A stretch of 64,000 bases of DNA, from the NCBI GenBank assembly GCA_964019335.1, contig OZ025673.1, forward strand, positions 372,001-436,000, read 5' to 3'. The position numbers and the translations under genes were made by a program. Origin of the DNA: Diplonema japonicum. Taxonomy: Eukaryota > Protista > Euglenozoa: Diplonemea. Shown in pieces: positions 55,687 through 64,000 of the stretch; within the stretch, counting starts at the first letter, position 1, and each line of letters begins with the position of its first letter. Under the pieces are notes generated by a model. The model was not told the DNA's origin. It saw only the letters and a program-made list of their open reading frames with translations, and ran no database searches.

Positions 55687-57675
55687 CTAAAAAGACATTG
55701 TGTTAATAGCAGTTTCAGGGGTACCGTGGAGCCTCCACAGCGACGGGGACTGTGATTGTTGAGCAGGCGATGCAAGAGGCGGCCTTTGTGAGGGTGTGGT
55801 AGAGCGGCCGTTGTGGCGAGGGGGCATGGTCGGAGGAGGAGGAGAGATGAAAGTAAGGTTCACGGGGTTGCTGACACGGGACAGGGCAGTGAAGTACTCT
55901 GGCGGGTCGCGGACAACGGTGGCTGCCACCCCGCAGACCACCATGCCAGCCTTGACCCCAGCACGCTCCGCAGGGCCACCTTTTTGGACATTAAGAACCT
56001 TCAGATCATTTGCTAGGATCATCCCCAGTTTGCCGTCTGCATCTTTTGAGACGTGGCACGTCCAAGGTACCGCCTCGTCCCACTTCCTCCGTCCTCTCCT
56101 CTCAACCATTGTGTTGATTTCCACTGGCTGCATTGGCTGCTTCTTTTTTTCTTTCTGCGCCCTCCCCCTCACCTTTGCTCTGATCAAACCCCACACCCTG
56201 TCGTGCCTGCAGTAGTCTCCTTCCAATTCCACTGTTCCCATCCTCATCTCATGCAGGTCCAATGCCGCTACGCCCACCAGGTTACTGTCCACAGGTCGGC
56301 TCGGATCTCTCAGGGCTACGTACAGCACCTGTCTTTTGAGGCTCTCTACAGGGTACCCCGCCGCGAGACGCAACACCGGTAGCTCTTTCTCCCTCCATGT
56401 GTGAGTGTCCTTGCCTCTGCTCAGACTCTTTGTCACCGAGACTGCAGGTTTGCAGCAAGTGCCAGATGTGTAGAACACTAGTTCGACCTCCTCCAGGGAG
56501 GGCACGCCAGGGCAGATGAGCTCAACATGATCGATGCAGAGCTCGGAGGGTGTTGGTGTGAAGACGGAGAGAAGAGGGAGGGCTGTTTTGATCTCGTACT
56601 GGGCAACGATGGGGGCGGCCTCCTCGCAAGCATAGAAGAGCCCTGTGGCGGGTGAACCAGCGCTTTTAAACCATATGGCGCTACCATCGGTGGCGTAGAG
56701 AGGAGGGGGCTCGAAGGTGCCGTCCTTAGTGGGCTCGTCGTAGTCCCCTAGCCAGAACGTGTGGTCGAATTGGTTTACAAGGTCGAGTTCGGTGTTCCCC
56801 AGTTTCAAGGAGGAGATCATCCGCTTGCATGCACGCTGCTCGTCGCGAAGAGAAGCGGCGGCGAACACCAGCGAAGTCTCGAACAGCTTGAGCGACATAG
56901 CAGCACCGTCCTCGTTGGCGGTGTGCTCAAGGCACGTCACGAACTCAAACCACTCCCGTGTCGTCAGAAGCACGAGGCACAACCGGTCAATGTGCTCCGA
57001 TGCCACCACCGCATACCCTGGCAGGGCTTCCTCCACCGCTTGCTGCCAGTTTGGATCACCACCGTAGTGCCCCTTGAGGCACACACAGTGCAGCACGATT
57101 TCCTGATCCTTTCCAGCAAGCTCTTGGCAGATGGAAGGCACTGGGAGAGGGTCGCGAACCGTGGCATCGATGACGCTGCAAGAAATCTTGGCGGTGTACT
57201 CACCATTAGAAGACACGACCAGCGGGCAGCATTCCTCAACATTAACCTTGTAGAACCTCTCTTGGTTGAGATCGGCTGTTACGGGGCAGAGGTTGGGTGC
57301 CCACATGTTGCACGATGGGCGGATCACATTCAAAAGCTGGTACAGCATCTCCCTCTCGTCCACTGAAGAGCAGCGCATCTCAACAGTAAGCGACCGCACC
57401 GCCACTTTTACCCACTTGGTCCCTACCTTCTCTACATAACGCAGGTCGCCCCCAGCTGCTTTCACATCCCTTCCCTTCCACAGCATCCTGCACATTTTCT
57501 TTGGGACGTCAACCTCCACCTCACCACGCCCTGACTCCTTCCTGTCTACTACCAACTCCTTCAGCTGCATTGTATGGTGAAGATACTCAGGCCTCGCCAC
57601 TGTTTGGCTGTATCCGTCATCGCTCATAGTGGAGCCCGCCGCCCGCCTGGTAGTTGTTGCTTGCGAGAATCGCAT
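55687..57675 (-). CDS. Degenerate inositol 5-phosphatase-like + C2-like + PDZ protein
   Basis: SLKLFETSLVF and FDHTFWLGD 5-phosphatase-like motifs. C-terminal PDZ KLGMIL...GGPAERAGVKAG. Start codon uncertain (57675 or 57627). Confidence 0.65.
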   Translation of the reverse strand: MRFSQATTTRRAAGSTMSDDGYSQTVARPEYLHHTMQLKELVVDRKESGRGEVEVDVPKKMCRMLWKGRDVKAAGGDLRYVEKVGTKWVKVAVRSLTVEMRCSSVDEREMLYQLLNVIRPSCNMWAPNLCPVTADLNQERFYKVNVEECCPLVVSSNGEYTAKISCSVIDATVRDPLPVPSICQELAGKDQEIVLHCVCLKGHYGGDPNWQQAVEEALPGYAVVASEHIDRLCLVLLTTREWFEFVTCLEHTANEDGAAMSLKLFETSLVFAAASLRDEQRACKRMISSLKLGNTELDLVNQFDHTFWLGDYDEPTKDGTFEPPPLYATDGSAIWFKSAGSPATGLFYACEEAAPIVAQYEIKTALPLLSVFTPTPSELCIDHVELICPGVPSLEEVELVFYTSGTCCKPAVSVTKSLSRGKDTHTWREKELPVLRLAAGYPVESLKRQVLYVALRDPSRPVDSNLVGVAALDLHEMRMGTVELEGDYCRHDRVWGLIRAKVRGRAQKEKKKQPMQPVEINTMVERRGRRKWDEAVPWTCHVSKDADGKLGMILANDLKVLNVQKGGPAERAGVKAGMVVCGVAATVVRDPPEYFTALSRVSNPVNLTFISPPPPTMPPRHNGRSTTPSQRPPLASPAQQSQSPSLWRLHGTPETAINTMSF

Positions 57676-57943
57676 TAAACAAAGGAAAAAGAAGAAAAAA
57701 CTATTATGGGGGGGGGGGGGTGAAGTGTTTACAATATCCCTCAACAAAACATGTAACTCCTAACTCCTTGGCGAGCGCGTAGCACGCAACAAACCTTCGC
57801 CAAAGACTAACTCCTTTTTTAAGGGGCTGCAATCAACTCTCATGCTACAAAAAAAATACAAAAGTACAAGAGATTCTGAGACGTAAGTAGCTCGTTCGTA
57901 AAAAAACAAGAAGAATATACTAGAAACAAACATGAAAGCGATG

Positions 57944-58759
57944 TTACGTCAGCTCCAAAAGCGGCATTATAGCAGCTCGTATATGGGGTTTGCAGGGGGT
58001 TCTTGTAATCCCGATGGACTCGAAATGCTCTTCAGCAGTGGTGTCAGGCCCCGTACTGGGTAGGGGCGGTACTGGAGTACGGACCTCAGATGAACTCAGT
58101 CTGCGGGTCCCTGTGCCGTCCTCCCAGCGCACGTCATAGAGACCGTCCAACCTCTTGCGCCAGATCGTACATGGATACCAACTACCGTGCCAGTAGGCCT
58201 CTGCAGAAACACTCAGAAGATAGTACCAGCCTGTAGGGAGAGTCACTGAGATTTCTCCCGTGGTAAAGTTGTAGAAATATTCGTCATATTGTTTCCAGGA
58301 TAATTTCGCCCGTGCCCACACCTGGCGATCCGGGGGGTCATGCCAAGTACTGTTGCCTGTCTCAGAATGGACGTAAAACTGTCTCAACGCATTCCAACAC
58401 GTATGGACGTTCCACAGCCTCCCCTGTTCGGCTTGCTCCTTCAACGCCAGATTCCTCACGTCCTTCGGCTGGACGTCATTGGTCCCTGTACCGTCCTCCC
58501 ATGTCACATCGACAGTCCCGTCAGGTTTGACCCTCCGTACTTTACATGGATACCAAACTCCCATCCACTGGGCCTCCGTTCCTTCTGCGTTGTGCAATTC
58601 GTTTGTTACTTTGTTCACGTAGCCACCCCCGGGAATATCCTCCCATGCGCCTTCAGCCTCGGGGTCTCCCCAGATGCTTCTTGCTTCTTCCTTGTGATGG
58701 CAGTACACCTTACCTGTCGACTTCTCTACATGTCGCGACCACCTGCTTCGCGGTTTCAT
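57944..58759 (-). CDS. WW-like + Tudor-like repeat protein (271 aa)
   Basis: Two (WW-like, AxWxGxWYPC...VxWEDGT) modules. Confidence 0.72.
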   Translation of the reverse strand: MKPRSRWSRHVEKSTGKVYCHHKEEARSIWGDPEAEGAWEDIPGGGYVNKVTNELHNAEGTEAQWMGVWYPCKVRRVKPDGTVDVTWEDGTGTNDVQPKDVRNLALKEQAEQGRLWNVHTCWNALRQFYVHSETGNSTWHDPPDRQVWARAKLSWKQYDEYFYNFTTGEISVTLPTGWYYLLSVSAEAYWHGSWYPCTIWRKRLDGLYDVRWEDGTGTRRLSSSEVRTPVPPLPSTGPDTTAEEHFESIGITRTPCKPHIRAAIMPLLELT

Positions 58760-58855
58760 CCGCTCGCATCACCTTGCCATCTTCTATTTGTGTATTTTTG
58801 GTGTACCCTCCTGGGCATGGTGTGTCAGAAGGAAGGATCAACGAGCAAACAAATT

Positions 58856-59947
58856 TCAATCAGACGCGGAGTAGCTCTTCCCATCAAGGCGTATCCAAAT
58901 GACCGCGCTCCACTTCACACCGGACTTGACCTTGCAGCCCGTGTGGAGGGATGACGGGTCGAGGTGGCGGTCAGGGCGCATGCCGTAGAAAAGTACTGCA
59001 TTGCCCGTTCTTGGCTTGACACGCAGCCCAGTGTTGCACTTTTCAAAGTCAGCAGGTCGTGGACCATCGTTAGCCATAGGTAGTGCCAGCTCTCCACCAC
59101 TGGTGTCTTGCGAAAGGAAGATGTAGAAGGTAGCGACTCGGTTGGACTGCATTTCTCCGAACAGCTTTGGATCAAAGAAGTCGTGGTGCGGGAGGTACCT
59201 TTCTCCAGTTTCGTATTTCAAAACTTGAACGTCCTCCATGTTCTCCACACGAAAGCCTGTCAGCCTCGCTACCCTGCCCTTTATTTTCTTCGTTATTGCG
59301 TCCGTGTTCTCCAACCACGCACCCTTCGAGGTACGAGCGTTATCAGCATCAACGCCGGGCTTGTCCGTGCGGTACTCCGCAAGCTCGGAACGCTGAAGTT
59401 TGCTTTCTACAGAAGATATGACAAGGGAGGCATCGGCAGAAGAGAGAAACCCAGGGAAGAAATATGCTCGGGGCACATACGATACAATCAGATGTGATGT
59501 TGTGGAAAAGGCTGTGTCCGTGTCTTCTGGGTACTTGAAGGCAGGGTCACGACCGTAGGCGTATGCAGGAGAAGCCGCGACAGGGCGCATCACGTCATAG
59601 TCCGCCACTATCACATCTTCAACCAGCTCTTCGGGTACAGCGTAGGCAGAGGGTTCTGAGAGGGACGCTGCGATGGTCCTTGCCTCGTCGAACAGCTTCA
59701 TGAACTCCTCGGCGTCATGAACTTTGTTCTTTCTTTTCGCTATCTCGGCCAGCCTCCACGCCTGCTCTGATGTTACCTTCGCAGCTTCCGTTACCTTAAT
59801 GCGCGTTCTTGCCTCCTTCACCTCATCGTTCCATTTCACCACCATTCCACACCCTACCACAGACATCACCACGAACGACGCCGCCACCACCCATACTCGA
59901 ATGGGCTTTCTGGCAGCCCTTGGGTGGAGGAACGAGGCCAACGTCAT
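58856..59947 (-). CDS. Prolyl 4-hydroxylase, type II membrane
   Basis: ARTS, HHDFF (HxD), SLHTGC and KWSA motifs, with N-terminal TM. Confidence 0.92.
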   Translation of the reverse strand: MTLASFLHPRAARKPIRVWVVAASFVVMSVVGCGMVVKWNDEVKEARTRIKVTEAAKVTSEQAWRLAEIAKRKNKVHDAEEFMKLFDEARTIAASLSEPSAYAVPEELVEDVIVADYDVMRPVAASPAYAYGRDPAFKYPEDTDTAFSTTSHLIVSYVPRAYFFPGFLSSADASLVISSVESKLQRSELAEYRTDKPGVDADNARTSKGAWLENTDAITKKIKGRVARLTGFRVENMEDVQVLKYETGERYLPHHDFFDPKLFGEMQSNRVATFYIFLSQDTSGGELALPMANDGPRPADFEKCNTGLRVKPRTGNAVLFYGMRPDRHLDPSSLHTGCKVKSGVKWSAVIWIRLDGKSYSASD

Positions 59948-60005
59948 CTCGCTGTTTCCTGTGTGAAGAAGGATTGAAAGGCAAAAATCGAGAGAGAAAA
60001 AATAA

Positions 60006-62132
60006 CTAACCCGCAGACTCTACAATCTCCGCCTTGCTGCAAGACCAGAACGTCTTCACCATCAAGGGTTCCGTCAGGAGATATGCAGGACCCTCACCAT
60101 GCGCATCAATACGAGTCTTCACAGTTTCAACGTGCTTTGCGACGTTGCGGTCCGAGGGGTTGATCGCATGGTAATCCTCAAGGTAGTGGAGGGCAAGGTG
60201 CACACGGCCGCTTCGGAGATGCTGGAAAGCACTCGTTAACCCTCGAACGCAGACCTTGGGCTCGGAGCTCATCCACTCCAGTGGGTCTTCTTCGATGGGA
60301 CCTGTTATCTCGTAAAGGATCGTGGTGGTGTCGGGGAAACAGTCTTTTTTTATCTCGCATGATGCGAGAATGGCAAATGGTTTGCAATGATGCGTGGTTT
60401 CGCAGTTAAGTTGGAAGCTCTCATCGCACACAACAGGAACATTGTGCTTCGATGACAGGACGACAAGCTGCCCGGACTGCCATCTGATATCCGAGTACAC
60501 CCCATACCCACGCTGTTTGGTCCCAACCTGTCCGCACAGCGATACACCAGCAGCGACGCCGACAGAGATCTTTGGTGCGAGAGTGCTGCCGTTCCAGTCG
60601 TTAACTGCAACGTCGACAGCAGCACTCGCAGAGCTTGCGTAAACATCGACACACTGCCTTGCTGTCGTGTTGAACTGCATGAAGATGATGTCCCAAGTAA
60701 CGGAATCCATTGACCCACCATGTGTTTGGGCCGCTGTGTAACACTTCTCGATGAAAGAGGTCTGCAGGGCTTCGAAGCTCGAAAGGTCCTTGCTCTTCAT
60801 CCAAAATGCAAGCTGGTGCTGCACGGAAATCGTAATTACAGCCGTCGACTCCTGCACACATAGATTGTTGGCTTTCAGCCTTCCTCGCGCCTTCAAGCTC
60901 TCCATTGCTTTGCACGACGCTACGCTGTCTGAACGTATGATGGAGCCAAAATGGGCTTCTGAGCTTCTTACCCTTCCAAGGTTACACAAGGTTGATTGGC
61001 TGGAGTCCTCGTTCAGGGTGCAGTGGGCTATATCGCAAGACCCGTACACGGCGTTGCCAGGGATGTATGGCTTCAATGTGTTCAGCTCGGAAAGCAAATG
61101 GTGCAGTGCTGTCATTACAGACGCCACCTCCGTGTCGCCAGGGTTGCTGAGCAAGCACTCTTGCTGCTCTGGCCCCGCAATTCTGTTTTCTTCATAAACA
61201 TCAGGAAACTCAAACAATGTTTTCAGCTCCTTTATAACCTCCCTCACCAAGACCAGCACAGACAGTTTAGCCAGCCCGATGATCAGCAGAAGGTACACAA
61301 CAACAGCACACAGCGTAGCGGGTGCATTGTTGGCGGTAAAGAGCCGTCGGAAGGGTGCGCGCACGTGCCGAGCCACGTACCTCAAGCTAAGGCACAGAGA
61401 CTGGTCGCCGACACCGGACGACACATCAGCGTTGCAAGAGACACCACCATGATCGATGGACTCATTCAGATGGTGCTCTACGCCGTTGGACACGTAGAAG
61501 AGATGCACGTCGGCGGACACGAGCTGGGAGATGGTGCGGAGGGAGTCGGCAAAGAAAATCTTAGGGCTGACCAGAATTCCTCCAAGAGGCGATGCCACGG
61601 AGAGCGTTGCATTGGCGTAGCTGTGGGCAGGGAGGGAGGCGAATGCAGTTCGTGATGAAAGCAGCTCTGCGGTGGAGTTACTGCCAGCTGCGCTGTTGAT
61701 AACTCGGAAGACACGACCGGTTGGGGATTCTGCGACCCACCCAGAGACCTGTTGAGACACGATGGCATACCGAGTCCCCCGGAAACCGTAACACGCTGTG
61801 AGCCCTTCGACACTGGAAAGGATGTTCGACATCACACCCACAGCAAGGGCCAGCTCCTCAGTGTTGTCGGTCTCTGCCAGCGTTGCTGTGCACATGTCCA
61901 TCACGTATTCTAAATTTTCGCTTAGTTTATGGACTCCCCATTGGAGGGATTCAATATCCTTCTGCACTGCTTTGGCGGGAGGGGTGATGTTCCACCGTCT
62001 CTCCCATTCTGATTCGGCAGTTGCAGCCACCACAGCACACACCACCAACCCAAGACAACAGCATGACACTATGTTGATGACCAAGCCTGGGGTAAAACAT
62101 CGAGTTAGCTCGGCACTTACGTTGCACGCCAT
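60006..62132 (-). CDS. Receptor-type degenerate class III adenylate/guanylate cyclase-like protein
   Basis: Two TM segments, HAMP-like EVASV...LKPYIP, and cyclase-fold motifs HGGSMDSVTWD and ISVGVAAG...CGQVG. Catalytic residues look degenerate. Confidence 0.72.
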   Translation of the reverse strand: MACNVSAELTRCFTPGLVINIVSCCCLGLVVCAVVAATAESEWERRWNITPPAKAVQKDIESLQWGVHKLSENLEYVMDMCTATLAETDNTEELALAVGVMSNILSSVEGLTACYGFRGTRYAIVSQQVSGWVAESPTGRVFRVINSAAGSNSTAELLSSRTAFASLPAHSYANATLSVASPLGGILVSPKIFFADSLRTISQLVSADVHLFYVSNGVEHHLNESIDHGGVSCNADVSSGVGDQSLCLSLRYVARHVRAPFRRLFTANNAPATLCAVVVYLLLIIGLAKLSVLVLVREVIKELKTLFEFPDVYEENRIAGPEQQECLLSNPGDTEVASVMTALHHLLSELNTLKPYIPGNAVYGSCDIAHCTLNEDSSQSTLCNLGRVRSSEAHFGSIIRSDSVASCKAMESLKARGRLKANNLCVQESTAVITISVQHQLAFWMKSKDLSSFEALQTSFIEKCYTAAQTHGGSMDSVTWDIIFMQFNTTARQCVDVYASSASAAVDVAVNDWNGSTLAPKISVGVAAGVSLCGQVGTKQRGYGVYSDIRWQSGQLVVLSSKHNVPVVCDESFQLNCETTHHCKPFAILASCEIKKDCFPDTTTILYEITGPIEEDPLEWMSSEPKVCVRGLTSAFQHLRSGRVHLALHYLEDYHAINPSDRNVAKHVETVKTRIDAHGEGPAYLLTEPLMVKTFWSCSKAEIVESAG

Positions 62133-62263
62133 GGGGGGGGGGAGGGGGGGGCACCCTTTGTGTGAAAGGACTGCAACACGGGAATGAGAACATCATTTTT
62201 GAAAAAGAAGAAAAGAGAAATGGAGGTGTAAATTGTTTGTGTATATTTCCTCGAATTCCCTTT

Positions 62264-62562
62264 TCACCACCCTGAGTCAGGGAGGTCAGGCTTGCTCACG
62301 GCAGTGCTCCCGATGGATCCCATCCCCGACTTGGTCGTCCCGTTACTCATAGTCATGCCGATCTTGCCCCATTTCGCCTGCGACTTGATCGATGCTGCAT
62401 GAAGTGTGAAGGAGCCAGGCGACAGCTTTGCGGGTGTCAGCAAGTGAGGTTTGACAGCTGATGTTGGTGTTGTGTCAGGCCACCCCTTCTTTTCATCATA
62501 CCAAAAAACGTAGGGCAGTTCGGGTCCGCCTTCTGTGCCGCATTGGGGTTGAAGTCTCCCAT
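62264..62562 (-). CDS. Small hypothetical protein (84 aa), 2 exons
   Basis: Intron 62458-62501 joins MGDFNP...TFF to AVKPHLL...DSGW*. Confidence 0.7.
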
Positions 62563-62932
62563 TTTTGTGTGGGTAAAAAAAAAAAAAAAGGTGGGAGATG
62601 TGTATTTCCTTTTTTTTTTTCTTTCAAGTCTTTTTTTTTCTTCGCGTACAGAACAAGATTCGAGAGTCGTCCCTTGTTTCTCTTGAATAAAAAAAAATGT
62701 GGCTATCAAACCAGGAAGAAAAAAAAAAAAGAGAAAAAAAAAAGCGCTAAGCGATAAAAAAAAAGGGGGTCGGGGAGGGGTTAAAGAGAATGATAACGCA
62801 CCCTTTCAAAAAAAAAAAAAAAAAAAAAAAAAAAACCAATTAATCTATGTCTTAAAAAAAAAAAAGAAATACCCGTCGGAAGTATGATCGAAAAAAAAAA
62901 AGTTTTTTTTTAAAAAAAAAAAAGATGGAATC

Positions 62933-63424
62933 TTAGATCAGTCCGTGCTGCTTCTTGCAGGATTCGAGGTCTTTGAAGACGTAGGAGCAAGAGTCCATGT
63001 TGTTGTTGTTGTCAGCAAGGCACTTGTGGAAGAGGGAGTCAAGGTCTCTGCAAGGGGTGGGCTGGGCAGCAGCAGGGGCGGGGGCAGGGGCGGAAGACGA
63101 ACCACCACCACCGAAGAGGGCACCTACCGCCATGCTACCAACAGCCGACCCGGCTCCCATAGCAGCTCCCTGCATCAACATCCCACCGAGACCCGGACCA
63201 CTGTCCTGCACAGGAGCGGGAGCAGGAGCAGCAGGCGCATGAGCAGGAGCAGGGGCATGAGCAGGGGCGGCAGGAGCTGCTGGGGCGTGGTGGTGGTGGT
63301 GGACTTCCTTCACAGGCGCAGGAGCAGCAGCAGCAGCAGCAGCCGGGGGCGAACTAGCAGGCGGCGATGACGGCTTTGCTGCCGCAGCAGGAGCAGCTGG
63401 CTTCTTAGCGCTGGCACGGCCCAT
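62933..63424 (-). CDS. CHCHD2/CHCHD10 (Mix17)-like mitochondrial protein
   Basis: PGLGGMLMQGAAMGAGSAVG helix and C-terminal twin CX9C. Confidence 0.92.
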   Translation of the reverse strand: MGRASAKKPAAPAAAAKPSSPPASSPPAAAAAAAPAPVKEVHHHHHAPAAPAAPAHAPAPAHAPAAPAPAPVQDSGPGLGGMLMQGAAMGAGSAVGSMAVGALFGGGGSSSAPAPAPAAAQPTPCRDLDSLFHKCLADNNNNMDSCSYVFKDLESCKKQHGLI

Positions 63425-63744
63425 TTTTCTTTTTTTTTTTTTTCTTCTTCTTTTCTGACAAAAAAATTATCCCCCCCCCCCCTCCATTAATTTGGAAGAA
63501 CCAAGCCAAATAGCAAGAAGCCAGATATCCGACATGAGTGATTTGCCTGGTCCTTGGGGCACCATGGTTTCTTTTTTCTCTCTTTTTTCCAGTACCGGCG
63601 TCGAAAGAGAGAGAGGGGGAAGGAAAAATAAAAAAATAACGAACTAAAAAAAGGGGAAAATAAAAAAGTGTAGGGGGGAGGGGGGGTTTTTTTTTTCTTA
63701 GAATGTGTAGTGTACCCTGCTGTGTTGCCTTCAAATAGACTGGC

Positions 63745-64000
63745 CTATTTGCACGAATAGTTGTAAGACTTCAGCTGAAAGAGGGGGGCATAAAAAAAAG
63801 GGGGGGAAGTACCTCGAAGTCAGGGCCAGCTCCCTCCTTGCGTGCGCCCGTGCAGTTCACAGAAGCAGTAGTCATAAGGTTGCGGGGACCGAATGTAATA
63901 TCCTTCGTCGAAACCTGATTATAGATTTTTTTTTTATTATTATTCATTTGTTTCGCCCATACAATTGAGTAGCCAGCGAAGGCCTTGGGGTCGAATGAGG
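63745..64000 (-). CDS. 3' end of an unidentified multi-exon gene (partial)
   Basis: Introns 63915-63962 and 63775-63812 join SFDPKAFAGYSI|VSTKD...DFE|LKSYNYSCK*. Confidence 0.7.

Overview
Eukaryotic nuclear DNA, most likely a euglenozoan and probably a diplonemid (inferred from gene content, gene orientation and RNA types). About 30 protein genes lie head-to-tail on the minus strand, separated by homopolymer-rich spacers and split by mostly 35-71 nt GT-AG introns that often appear as false poly-Lys tracts in the ORF track. Recognisable products: two Pumilio proteins, an MKP1-like dual-specificity phosphatase, four ADP/ATP-carrier-like genes, a Tudor/BAH protein, a GH39-like hydrolase, a CEP120-like coiled coil, a PPG1-like phosphatase, RRP12, GLDH, TSNAXIP1-like, a GT77-like transferase, prolyl 4-hydroxylase, a degenerate adenylate cyclase and CHCHD2/10. 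Main finding: intron 3 of three carrier genes (1.0-1.5 kb) is a tandem polycistronic snoRNA array with 11 copies of an snR13/U15-like box C/D RNA and 13 single-hairpin AGA-box RNAs of three families. One host has lost coding capacity but kept the array and its splice sites, and a fourth paralog has the same intron at only 38 nt. Second finding: two non-autonomous elements share a long-hairpin/palindrome architecture, and one carries a decayed tyrosine-recombinase-like (Crypton-like) fragment. A piggyBac-type MITE sits in an intron. All family and rRNA-target assignments are by eye from remembered motifs and need database confirmation.
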